Origin: an uncultured Cryptobacterium sp.
GTDB taxonomy: Bacteria > Actinomycetota > Coriobacteriia > Coriobacteriales > Eggerthellaceae
Direction of reading: 5' to 3'
Assembly: GCA_964504115.1 (NCBI GenBank)
Contig: CAZDCX010000003.1
Location: forward strand, 14,796 to 78,795
DNA: 64,000 nucleotides
The notes beneath the pieces were generated by a model, which saw nothing but the letters and a program-made list of their open reading frames with translations, did no database searches and was not told the DNA's origin. Shown piece by piece: positions 32,267 through 41,364 of the stretch (the first letter of the stretch is position 1; the number at the start of each line of letters is the position of its first letter). A program made the translations under genes and the position numbers.

Positions 32267-33217
32267 CTATGATCTGCGCTCTTTTTCGCGCATGAGGGTT
32301 TCTTCGGCCAACTGCTCAACTCTCCGAACGCGATGATAGATAGCTGATTTTGACAAAGGTGGATTAGCCCTCTGCCCCAACTCTTTCAACGTTGCCTCAG
32401 GATAGCGCACCCGCAAGCGAATATATTCTTGGAGCCCTTGAGGCAGCGATGTAATATCCCGATATTCGAGAAGAGTGCGAATAGCTTGAATTTGGTCAAC
32501 CGCCGCCTCGGCCGTTTTAGCTTGATTGGCAATTTCAGCATTCACGCGCCGATTAACATCGTTACGCACGCTTTTAATAACCCGCTCGTTTTCCATCTTT
32601 AGGGCTGATTGATACGCTCCAACAAAAGCCAAGAAGGCAGAAATAGCTGATCCGCTCTTAAGATAAACCGTATGGGTATTGCGCCGATGAACTATTTTGG
32701 CATGAATATCTTTCGTAGCCAGAAGCTCGACAATATCGTGTGCCATAGTTTGCGACTCAACGGTAAGTTCAAAATGAAAATCGCCGCGAGGATTTGAGAT
32801 AAAACCGCTACCTAAAAAAACACCCCGTAGATACGCGGCAGCGCAGCACGACTTTTGTACCAGATGAGCGTCGATGCCACGCTGGAGCCCCTCTTGCCCT
32901 ACAATGCCCAAATCTTGCAAGGCTTCATTGAGGCCGGGTTGCGAGGGTACCTCAATAAGCCAATTGGGCGTTTTATGGAGCACCGACCGGCGCATGGTTA
33001 AATCGGTTTTTAATGCATATCTACTATGCAATGCACGAATAATAAAGCGCGCCACTTGCGGAACGTCGGTAGATATTTCTAGACGAAACTTCCCTGGCCC
33101 GTTAAAAAAAATACTACCCTCAATGCGAATAAGCGCAGCTAAGGTAGCTGCATCACAATGAGAGCATTCTGGCTCAACACGCGAAAGCTCTTCTTTTACT
33201 TCCGTCGTGAACGACAC
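32267..33217 (-). CDS. whiA: DNA-binding protein WhiA
   Basis: MSFTTEVKEEL, YLRGVFLGSG, RNDVNRRVNAEIAN, TLKELG..LSKSAIYHR; rapZ-yvcK-whiA context. Confidence 0.96.
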   Translation of the reverse strand: MSFTTEVKEELSRVEPECSHCDAATLAALIRIEGSIFFNGPGKFRLEISTDVPQVARFIIRALHSRYALKTDLTMRRSVLHKTPNWLIEVPSQPGLNEALQDLGIVGQEGLQRGIDAHLVQKSCCAAAYLRGVFLGSGFISNPRGDFHFELTVESQTMAHDIVELLATKDIHAKIVHRRNTHTVYLKSGSAISAFLAFVGAYQSALKMENERVIKSVRNDVNRRVNAEIANQAKTAEAAVDQIQAIRTLLEYRDITSLPQGLQEYIRLRVRYPEATLKELGQRANPPLSKSAIYHRVRRVEQLAEETLMREKERRS

Positions 33218-34380
33218 AGTTTAAGCACCCCCATAAAGGCATCGGCAAGCGCTTGCGGGTCGTGCCAAGTGGGACGGTCGGGGTCAACCATGTTACGAAC
33301 CAGCACAACAGGGCCTTGCGCTTGAATGATATCGATATCATTCTGGGTAATTTTAACGGGTCTGATACGCGTAGATAACGTTGTTCCATCACGCAATTCA
33401 CTCAGTGCCTTTTCTTGCGAAGCCTGCCCAGCTACTGCCTCAAAAGCATCGGTCATAAAGCGCTGCTTTGCAGGTTTACCAGCGCTGTGAACAATCACAT
33501 AATCCAAACAGCCTGCCATACCATGCTGCATTAAGGCCTCTACATGCTCGCGCGCAGAAAGCCCCCATGTTTCTCCTTGCTGATCAGCCAAGCTACAAAC
33601 AAACACCGTGCTGCCTTTAGATTGTGCTATAGCATCGACAATACCGGGTACCAACAAGTTCGGAATAATCGATGTAAACAAAGAGCCTGGCCCCAATACG
33701 ATCAGATCGGCATCTCGAATGGCGCGCAATGCCTCTAGGTAGGGCAAGCAGCGATCGGGCGACTCGAGCCACACCTGATCAAGGGCAGTTTGAGACTTAC
33801 ACGCCGTTGCTTGGCCCTTCAAAACCTTGCCATCCTTGGTGCGCGCACACAAAGTGATGTTATTGAGCGTTGAAGGATATACATGGCCCTGAGCACCAAG
33901 CAACCGCCCACAGATTTTTATTGCTTCTGGGAAAGAGCCCGTTGCGTTTTCCAAAGCGGAAAGCATGAGATTACCCAAGGTGTGATTTCGTGCAAAATCA
34001 AACCGATATTTAAATGCTTTTGTGAAGGGATCATCGGGATCGGCAGCAAAAGCAGCTAAACACTTTCGAATGTCACCCGGAGGTGTTACATGGGCCTCCT
34101 CACGCAAGATCCCTGTTGAACCTCCATCGTCAGCCATAGCAACAACCGCCGATGTTTGAAAACCAAGAGCGAGTAAAGTACGAATAGAAACAGGTGCACC
34201 CGTGCCTCCGCCAATTACGACAGCCTTTAACTGGGTAGGGTCAAGTGCTTTGTTTTTGACATGGCGATGCAGCGAGCCTAAAGCCCGAAAGGCCTGTGTC
34301 GAAGAGGGATCTTGGTGAAACCCGCGCTCATGCGCGCCTATTTCGCCCTTCTGATCCCGCGATTTAAAGACGCTGCTCAT
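33196..34380 (-). CDS. yvcK: YvcK/GlmR (UDP-GlcNAc-binding, CofD-like) protein
   Basis: IGGGTG, ADDGGSTG, PPGDIRKCL, HTLGNL, GPGSLFTSIIPNLL. Confidence 0.95.
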   Translation of the reverse strand: MSSVFKSRDQKGEIGAHERGFHQDPSSTQAFRALGSLHRHVKNKALDPTQLKAVVIGGGTGAPVSIRTLLALGFQTSAVVAMADDGGSTGILREEAHVTPPGDIRKCLAAFAADPDDPFTKAFKYRFDFARNHTLGNLMLSALENATGSFPEAIKICGRLLGAQGHVYPSTLNNITLCARTKDGKVLKGQATACKSQTALDQVWLESPDRCLPYLEALRAIRDADLIVLGPGSLFTSIIPNLLVPGIVDAIAQSKGSTVFVCSLADQQGETWGLSAREHVEALMQHGMAGCLDYVIVHSAGKPAKQRFMTDAFEAVAGQASQEKALSELRDGTTLSTRIRPVKITQNDIDIIQAQGPVVLVRNMVDPDRPTWHDPQALADAFMGVLKLCRSRRK

Positions 34381-35330
34381 TTCGTGCCAACCTTGGATGT
34401 ATCGGCTAAGGCGATATCACGATGATAGGCGCGAACGTTATAATCCTGCGCTCTCAAAAGCTCCGCTGTTTTCTCGGCTAACACAACACTTCTGTGCTGA
34501 CCGCCTGTACAACCAACGCCAATTGCCAAATGCTGTTTGCCCTCGGCCACGTAGCCTGGCATAACGCAATCAAGAAGATTACCCCACGCATCTAAAAAAG
34601 TATGAGTTTCTTGATGACTTAATACATAATCAATCACAGGTTGATCTAAGCCGGTCAAACCACGCAACTCAGGAATATAGAAGGGATTAGGTAAGAATCG
34701 AACATCGATCACAATATCGGCATCGGTTGGAGCGCCGTGCTTAAACCCAAAGGAATATACCACAATGTTCATGCCGCCTTTTTCAGTCTCGCGAGAATAC
34801 AAACTACGGAGTTCTTCGCGTAATTGACGAGGCTTTAAATCGGACGTGTCTATGTAGGAGTGAGCCAGATCTCGCAGCTCTTGCGTTAATTTACGCTCAT
34901 AGGCTATAGCCTCAGCAATGGACCGCGAGTTGTTAACGCATAAAGGATGGCGGCGGCGCGATGCTTTATAACGAGCAATGAGCGCTTCATCGCGAGCATC
35001 AAGAAAAATAATATGGAAGGTAATACCAGCTGCCTCCATATTGGCAAGCTCTCCAACCAACTGCTTGAAGTACTCACGATTTCGCGCATCACACACAATA
35101 GCAAGCTTGCGCGAAGATTCATTTTGCCCAGGTAGGCTTGCAAGACTGATCATATTCATGATGAGCGAGGGAGGAAGATTGTCGATGCAGAAATAGCCCA
35201 AATCTTCAAAGGTATGCATTGCCTCGGTACGACCCGCACCACTCATGCCCGTGATAATAACCACATCGGGGCCGACTACCTCTGCCCCAGCCTGAAGCTC
35301 TTCTTGTGGTTCTACCAACGGCTTTGCCAT
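34377..35330 (-). CDS. rapZ: RNase adapter / nucleotide-binding protein RapZ (YvcJ)
   Basis: TGMSGAGRT, IDNLP, RRRHPL, SFGFKHG, DVRFLPNP, GCTGGQHRSV. Confidence 0.96.
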   Translation of the reverse strand: MAKPLVEPQEELQAGAEVVGPDVVIITGMSGAGRTEAMHTFEDLGYFCIDNLPPSLIMNMISLASLPGQNESSRKLAIVCDARNREYFKQLVGELANMEAAGITFHIIFLDARDEALIARYKASRRRHPLCVNNSRSIAEAIAYERKLTQELRDLAHSYIDTSDLKPRQLREELRSLYSRETEKGGMNIVVYSFGFKHGAPTDADIVIDVRFLPNPFYIPELRGLTGLDQPVIDYVLSHQETHTFLDAWGNLLDCVMPGYVAEGKQHLAIGVGCTGGQHRSVVLAEKTAELLRAQDYNVRAYHRDIALADTSKVGTK

Positions 35331-35354
35331 AACTTGTTCCTCCTTATAATGGAT

Positions 35355-37265
35355 TCAGCCACCATTATATTGCTTAAGCACAGCATACACTTCCTCGGCA
35401 ACCTGGTCGGGAATGACATGCAGTTGTTTTATTTCCTCGAGCGAGGCCTCTCGCAGTGCTTTGAATGATCCGAATGCCTTCAAAAGCGCCTTTTTGCGCT
35501 TGGGGCCTATACCAACCACGCCATCAAGAATACTGGTTGTCATGGCCTTGCCCCGCACTTCACGGTGAAAGGTAATGGCAAAGCGATGCGCCTCATCGCG
35601 AACATGCTTGACCAGATAGAGGCTCGGCGAGCCACCTGGCAAAACTACCGGGCCGGTATCCTGCCAAGGAACAAAGAGTTCTTCATCGCGTTTAGCAAGC
35701 CCACAAACCGGAATATCGCCTGCGCCTAATTCATCAAGCTGCTTTATCGCAGCCGTTAGTTGCGGCTTTCCCCCATCGACAATAATAAGATCGGGGCGTT
35801 TGCCAAAACGCTCGTCGGCCATACGCTCAGCGCAATAGCGTCGCGCAAATACTTCGCTCATCATTGCAAAGTCGTTTGCTTCTTCGGTTTCCATGCGAAT
35901 TTTAAAACGACGATACTGGCTCTTGTCGGGTCTGCCATTGGTAAATACCACCATCGAAGCAACCGAATGGCGGCCGTGAATTGTTGAGATATCAAAACAC
36001 TCAATGCGCATCGGTGGCGCATCGAGGGCAAGCGCACTTTCAAGCTGTAGCAAGGCATCGTTGGTGCGCATATCGTCATAGCTACTGCGCACTTTATAGC
36101 GCATCAAAACGTGCCGAGCATTTTTAAGCGCCATTGCCATAAGTGCCGCCTTTTCGCCCCGCTGAGGCACAACAAAACGCACTTTTGCTCCATGAGGGCT
36201 ATTGAGTTTTCCAGTAAGCCATGACGCAATAACCTCAACATCATCAGGCAGCGTATCAACAATAAGTTCATGGGGAATCGATTCGGTGTCATCGTAGTAG
36301 CGCAATACAAACATACGCAAGAGCTCTTCGGCAGGTACATCGGTACCCTTATTAAAAACGAACTCGTTGGTATTAACGATGCGGCCCTCTCGCACTATAA
36401 GCACCGTAATTCCCGCAATAGTTTCTTCTCTGAAAATACCTAAGACATCGGCATGTAAACGACGCGATGATACGGCGTGCTGGGTCTGACTCAACGATTC
36501 AATAGTTGTTATACGCTCTTTGATGCGTGCAGCGCGCTCATAATCCAAATCCGCAGCAGCATTAGTCATCTCGGCAGTGAGTTCATCAATAAACTCGCGG
36601 TGTGAACCCGACAAAAAACGTTCCACCCGATCTACGTTCTCTTGATATTGAGTAGGGGTTATGGCGCCGCAGCACACACCAGGCCCTAGCCCCACATGTG
36701 CGTTAAAGCATGGCCGGGTAGAAAGCTCAAGTTGCTCATAAGGGCTTTGTTCAAGCCGGCGATTGAGCTGACGCCACTCGGCACACGATGAAGAACATAT
36801 GGGCACAACACGGCGCACGATATCGACTAACTCGCGTGCTGCATGACTATCAGTGTAGGGGCCAAAGTAGCGAGTCGTATTTTTGTGGGCTTCGCGGGTA
36901 AATTTGATTGCTGGAAAGGTGTCGCCTTTGGTGAGGGCGATAAAGGGATAACTTTTATCATCTTTAAAATCGGCATTAAAGTAGGGCGAATGCTGCTTAA
37001 TGAGGTTTTTCTCCAGCACTAAGCTCTCGTGCTCGTTTTCGGTAACGATGTATTCAAACGAATCGATATGCGCTACCAGCAAAGGGATTTTTTCACGCGT
37101 GTCTTGAAAGTTGACATACTGGCGCATGCGCGCTCGCAGCTGCTTTGCTTTGCCCACATAGATTACTGTTCCCTGCTTATCTTTCCAGAGATACACACCC
37201 GGTTCAGTAGGCACACTGGAGAGCTGATCTTTAATGCGCTTGATGTTTGCAGGTACGCTAGACAT
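35355..37265 (-). CDS. uvrC: Excinuclease ABC subunit C
   Basis: GIY-YIG (PGVYLW..IYVGKAKQLR), RIECFDIS, IVDGGKPQL, RDEAHRFA, HhH GIGPKR. Start overlaps the antiporter stop. Confidence 0.97.
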   Translation of the reverse strand: MSSVPANIKRIKDQLSSVPTEPGVYLWKDKQGTVIYVGKAKQLRARMRQYVNFQDTREKIPLLVAHIDSFEYIVTENEHESLVLEKNLIKQHSPYFNADFKDDKSYPFIALTKGDTFPAIKFTREAHKNTTRYFGPYTDSHAARELVDIVRRVVPICSSSCAEWRQLNRRLEQSPYEQLELSTRPCFNAHVGLGPGVCCGAITPTQYQENVDRVERFLSGSHREFIDELTAEMTNAAADLDYERAARIKERITTIESLSQTQHAVSSRRLHADVLGIFREETIAGITVLIVREGRIVNTNEFVFNKGTDVPAEELLRMFVLRYYDDTESIPHELIVDTLPDDVEVIASWLTGKLNSPHGAKVRFVVPQRGEKAALMAMALKNARHVLMRYKVRSSYDDMRTNDALLQLESALALDAPPMRIECFDISTIHGRHSVASMVVFTNGRPDKSQYRRFKIRMETEEANDFAMMSEVFARRYCAERMADERFGKRPDLIIVDGGKPQLTAAIKQLDELGAGDIPVCGLAKRDEELFVPWQDTGPVVLPGGSPSLYLVKHVRDEAHRFAITFHREVRGKAMTTSILDGVVGIGPKRKKALLKAFGSFKALREASLEEIKQLHVIPDQVAEEVYAVLKQYNGG

Positions 37266-39297
37266 GTTCTTCAAGATCAATCAACATCAAAGAGACGTTA
37301 TCGCGCAAGGCTTTTGCCTGGGAACGGGTGAGCTCACCATCAGCGTAAAAATCTTGAATAACCTCTAATTCAAGTTGCAAGCCCTGGCGCTGGATGTCTT
37401 CCATGCGCGTAGTAGCGTCTTCCACCATCTCTGAAGCCACCGTTGCCTCAGTTGGTTCATAAACCGAAAGTGCCCGTTCGTGCGAGATCAAAAGACGCGC
37501 AACCACTTCGCTGGGATACTCAGGTTTATCAACAACGCTTTGCAAGAAGGCCACAGCACTGCGCTCGGATACTTCACGTACCTTATTTTCGGCAGCGTTA
37601 TCGAGCGTTTTTTTACGTGAGAAGGTGCCTTGAATACTCTTTTTAAACATGGAGAGCGTAGCACGCAAGCGACCAAGACGATAGCGCGTCGTAAAGGCTG
37701 CTGTGTTGGCATGAAGAATCAAATTCTTGTTGCGATTGAGGTGATGCAATGCCTCAAAAGCCGTATTTGAGTCAACTTCTCGATTATCAATGGCCTCTAA
37801 AAGCCCTTGAGCTTGATGATCAATAACCTCGGCACGAAGCCTTGTGACCGAAGGCTCTTCCACATCTGCGGCAGAGCGAATTCTTCGAATACGATTGTTG
37901 TAAGCGCTCACAACCAGTTTTGTTTCGCGATCGTTCGCGTCGGTTGAATCTGCCATGAGACGCTCGATAACACTGCGCAAAATCTCGATTCTGACGCGTA
38001 CCAAAGACTCAGCCTCATCGGGATCAACTTCTTTTTCATCCTTAGGTGCCAAAATAGGCAGCAAGAAGTTGGCCAACAAAAGCGTACAAACAATAACACC
38101 CGATGCCAGGAAAATAATCAGCGAGCGCTGAGGAAATGCCGAGCCATCAGTAAGCAAGTAAGGAATAGTAAAAGCAATGGAAAGCGTGATGGCGCCCTTA
38201 GGCCCACCTACTGTTGTTACCAGGGCATTGCGCACCATGTTGATGTCAAACTTATCGCGCAGGCCCGTATCGGGATTTTTGAGGAGACGCGCCATCGCAA
38301 GTGCCCACAAGAACCTAAGCCCCACGATAAGAACCGTAATAAGTAAGACATAGCCGATAAGCGTGGCGTTATTGATATATAAATCATCCCACGTTGATTG
38401 CATAGCAGAGGGTAATTGAATACCCAGCAAAACAAACACCACACCATTGAGCGTAAAGCACAATACTCGCCAAACACTGGTAAGGGCAATGTTCAAGCGC
38501 GATTGATAGGGCGACAATTTACGATTGCGATACATCGACCATACAATGCCGCAAGCAACAACACCCAAAATGCCCGATACGCCAACAAGCTCTGAAAGAA
38601 GAAACACTTCAAAGGGCATAGCAATTTCAAAGAGAACATGAAAGGTGATGTTATCCAAACCCATTTCGCGCACGCGGCCATTGATCAAAAGAAACACCAC
38701 GGCCAAAACAATGCCCAAAGCAATGCCGCCGACAAAACTCACGAAAAATGAGGTGGTTGCATCAGCAAGCGAAAAGGCACCGGTCACAGCGGCAGCAATA
38801 GCAAATTGAAACGACACAACACCAGAAGCATCGTTGATGAGAGCCTCGCCCTGCAAAATAGCGCCCTCGCGTTTACCCAGTTGAGCTTCACGTTTGAGTG
38901 CCTGAACGGCCACGGCATCGGTGGGACCAAGCGCCGCGCCAAGCGCAAAAGCGGCTGCCAAGGGTATAGAAGGAACCAACCAATGCAATACAAAACCTAC
39001 GCACAGCACGATTAGCAACACCAGACCAATGGCGTATGACAAGATGGTCAGTTTGTTATCCCAAAGGTTCTTCTTATTCGCCTCAAGTGAATCGTTGAAC
39101 AACAAAGGCGCAATGAACAAAACGAGAAAGAGCTCTGGATCGATATGAATTTCAATGGGAGATATAGCCAGAAGAGCAATAATAACGCCAAGAGCGATCT
39201 GGATCAGCGGAGACGACATACGAGGAACAACCTGATCGAGTATTGAAGAAAGTAACACGGCGAGCATCAATAATAAAATCAGCTCAAATGCCTCCAC
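37258..39297 (-). CDS. Na+/H+ antiporter (CPA1, YjcE/NhaK type)
   Basis: FLVLFIAPLLF, GPTDAVAV, GEALINDASG, SGILGVVACG; many TM helices and a cytoplasmic C-terminal tail. Confidence 0.93.
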   Translation of the reverse strand: MEAFELILLLMLAVLLSSILDQVVPRMSSPLIQIALGVIIALLAISPIEIHIDPELFLVLFIAPLLFNDSLEANKKNLWDNKLTILSYAIGLVLLIVLCVGFVLHWLVPSIPLAAAFALGAALGPTDAVAVQALKREAQLGKREGAILQGEALINDASGVVSFQFAIAAAVTGAFSLADATTSFFVSFVGGIALGIVLAVVFLLINGRVREMGLDNITFHVLFEIAMPFEVFLLSELVGVSGILGVVACGIVWSMYRNRKLSPYQSRLNIALTSVWRVLCFTLNGVVFVLLGIQLPSAMQSTWDDLYINNATLIGYVLLITVLIVGLRFLWALAMARLLKNPDTGLRDKFDINMVRNALVTTVGGPKGAITLSIAFTIPYLLTDGSAFPQRSLIIFLASGVIVCTLLLANFLLPILAPKDEKEVDPDEAESLVRVRIEILRSVIERLMADSTDANDRETKLVVSAYNNRIRRIRSAADVEEPSVTRLRAEVIDHQAQGLLEAIDNREVDSNTAFEALHHLNRNKNLILHANTAAFTTRYRLGRLRATLSMFKKSIQGTFSRKKTLDNAAENKVREVSERSAVAFLQSVVDKPEYPSEVVARLLISHERALSVYEPTEATVASEMVEDATTRMEDIQRQGLQLELEVIQDFYADGELTRSQAKALRDNVSLMLIDLEEHV

Positions 39298-39525
39298 TAT
39301 AAAACCTCCCCTAAACCTACGCTCTTCCCGTAGCCATCACCTCTAAGCTACCCGAAAAGCTCCAACAAAACCACCGCCGAAATGAGCCCTTTACAAAAAG
39401 TCCGTTTGATTGCATTGTTTCTCTGTCATCGTCACACAAGAGGTTTGTTTACCTTACTTCCTTGACCTGATCAGATCACCTTCCTTGCGGCAACTCTTCA
39501 CTCAAGAAAAACTCTTTGGCGGGGG

Positions 39526-39553
39526 TTGCAACTCGCGAAAAAACCCGTATACT
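39526..39553 (+). promoter_or_regulatory. Sigma70-type promoter of tRNA-His
   Basis: TTGCAA-16bp-TATACT, 16 nt before the tRNA. A second TTGTTT-17-TAACAT (39679-39707) precedes tRNA-Lys. Confidence 0.7.
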
Positions 39554-39569
39554 GTTTTTTTGCGCTCAC

Positions 39570-39647
39570 GGTGGGTATAGTTCAGTTGGCTAGAATGCCA
39601 GATTGTGGCTCTGGAGGTCGTCGGTTCGAGTCCGATTACCCACCCCA
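39570..39647 (+). tRNA. tRNA-His (GUG), G-1 and CCA encoded
   Basis: GGTGGGTATAGTTCAGTTGGCTAGAATGCCAGATTGTGGCTCTGGAGGTCGTCGGTTCGAGTCCGATTACCCACCCCA. Confidence 0.97.
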
Positions 39648-39736
39648 GCGCAACCTTGATAAAAAAGTAAAAATGGTCTTGTTTGATCGGCTTTTTTGCT
39701 TTAACATATTCGAGCGCTTTGGCGCACATATTTCTT

Positions 39737-39812
39737 GGACCGTTAGCTTAGTTGGTAGAGCAGGGGACTCTTAATCCCAAGGTCCGGGGTTCGAGTCCCC
39801 GACGGTCCACCA
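39737..39812 (+). tRNA. tRNA-Lys (CUU), CCA encoded
   Basis: GGACCGTTAGCTTAGTTGGTAGAGCAGGGGACTCTTAATCCCAAGGTCCGGGGTTCGAGTCCCCGACGGTCCACCA. Confidence 0.97.
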
Positions 39813-39822
39813 TTGAATTTTC

Positions 39823-39849
39823 AGTCAGTTCCCGCGAGCTGGCTTTTTT
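39823..39849 (+). terminator. Terminator after the tRNAs
   Basis: AGTCAGTTC-CCGC-GAGCTGGCT followed by a T run. Confidence 0.75.
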
Positions 39850-40010
39850 ATTGCCCCTATGTGCCCTCGATCAAATATCAGAAAATTTTTTTCATTTGTA
39901 GGCAATCCCCTTTAGCTGGTGGCGCATGATAGGATTATGGTTCCCTACATCTGAGGTTTGGGCAACGTAAGGGTATTTTCAGCTGCACTGTTGGAGGCGC
40001 GAATGCAAAT

Positions 40011-40292
40011 ATGGCAAAGATAATTCAGCGCAAAACAAATTGCTTTCATAGAGTCGAGCTTGAAAACGTTACCAATACCGATAACTTCAGCACAACCAGT
40101 GATTGCATTGGTTGTGGTCAATGTGCCAGCATCTGCCCTGCTTATGCCATTCAAATGCTCGATGGCCACCCTGTTTGGACCGGTGATACCTGCTTAGTAT
40201 GCTTTGGGTGTTTGCGCCGATGCCCTATGCAGGCAATCCGTTATGGAGCCCATAAAGCCCCTACTGCAGAACAAAAGGTGTCCCTTCCATGA
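40011..40292 (+). CDS. Small 2x[4Fe-4S] ferredoxin-like protein, possibly a C-terminal remnant of an EFR1-family ferredoxin
   Basis: CIGCGQCASICP and CLVCFGCLRRCP..AIRYG; no flavodoxin-like N-terminal domain. Confidence 0.7.
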   Translation: MAKIIQRKTNCFHRVELENVTNTDNFSTTSDCIGCGQCASICPAYAIQMLDGHPVWTGDTCLVCFGCLRRCPMQAIRYGAHKAPTAEQKVSLP

Positions 40293-41245
40293 GCAGTGCA
40301 AAAGGGACGCTCTTTCTTCTAGGTGCCGCCCTTGTATGGGGTTTAGCCTTCCCCGCCCAATCGGTAGCTTCAAGTAGCGTTGCGCCTTTTACTTTTATTG
40401 CCGCTAAAAGTAGCATTGCCGCTATCTTTTTAGGTTGTATTTTGCTTATACGCCTACCGCGACGCTCGTCTGATAGACAAAAACGCCAAGAAGAGATAAT
40501 TGGCCCTCCTTCTTATACAGCGCGCGCCATCATTATTGGCGGTATCGCGTGCGGTATTGCCTTGTGCATTGCCGACAACTTCCAGCAAGCGGGCATAACC
40601 GCTTATCCAAGCGATACGGCAGCAGCGGGACGTGCAGGATTTTTAACAGCTACCTATGTAATTATGGTGGCGTTGTTTTCGCTCTTTACAAAAAAGAAGC
40701 CCCATCCAGCCACCCTTATTGCTGCCGGAGTTTGTTTGCTTGGCATGTATTTTCTCTGTGTCTCGAAGGGATTGAACAACATTTACGTGGGAGATATTCT
40801 GATTCTTGGAAGTGCGCTTGGATATGCTGTCCATATTTTAGTTATCGACCACTATGCAGCCCTTGATGGTATCAAGGTATCGTGTGTGCAATTTATTACC
40901 AGCGCCGCTCTTTCCTTGTGCTGTGCGCTCATATTTGAACATCCGACCCTCGATCAATTGTCTACCGCCTTCCTTCCGATTCTCTATGTGGGAGCAATTT
41001 CAAGCGGTATTGGTTATACCTTCCAAAACCTTGGCCAAAAAAGTGTGGCGCCTTCAATTGCCGCCATCGTGATGAGTCTTGAATCGGTGTTTGCAGCTCT
41101 TGGGGGTTGGTTGCTGCTGGGCGAGATGCTTACCGGCCGGGAGTTTTTTGGTTGTGTACTGGTTTTTGCGGCAGTTCTGCTGGCTCAAACACCAGCACTT
41201 CTTACCCGCAAAGACGATGGCGCCCATCTCTCGCAAGCGCCATAA
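40289..41245 (+). CDS. DMT/EamA family transporter
   Basis: ALVWGLAF, AGFLTATY, GDILILG, GIGYTFQNLGQK, SLESVFAALGG; about 10 TM helices. Confidence 0.93.
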   Translation: MSSAKGTLFLLGAALVWGLAFPAQSVASSSVAPFTFIAAKSSIAAIFLGCILLIRLPRRSSDRQKRQEEIIGPPSYTARAIIIGGIACGIALCIADNFQQAGITAYPSDTAAAGRAGFLTATYVIMVALFSLFTKKKPHPATLIAAGVCLLGMYFLCVSKGLNNIYVGDILILGSALGYAVHILVIDHYAALDGIKVSCVQFITSAALSLCCALIFEHPTLDQLSTAFLPILYVGAISSGIGYTFQNLGQKSVAPSIAAIVMSLESVFAALGGWLLLGEMLTGREFFGCVLVFAAVLLAQTPALLTRKDDGAHLSQAP

Positions 41246-41364
41246 GTTTGAAAGCTCAAACCTCGGCACATGCTATCAGCAAGATCGCTGGTCGGCTCTG
41301 CACTATTCTGACAACAACTTTGCTACGATAGCTCATACGTAAATGGCCTAAACCGTCGGGTCAC

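Noticed and set aside
39483-39494. Rifamycin-associated element core (CTTGCGGCAA)
   Set aside because: Flanks do not match, and it is about 1.9 kb from helD with tRNAs, a terminator and two genes in between.
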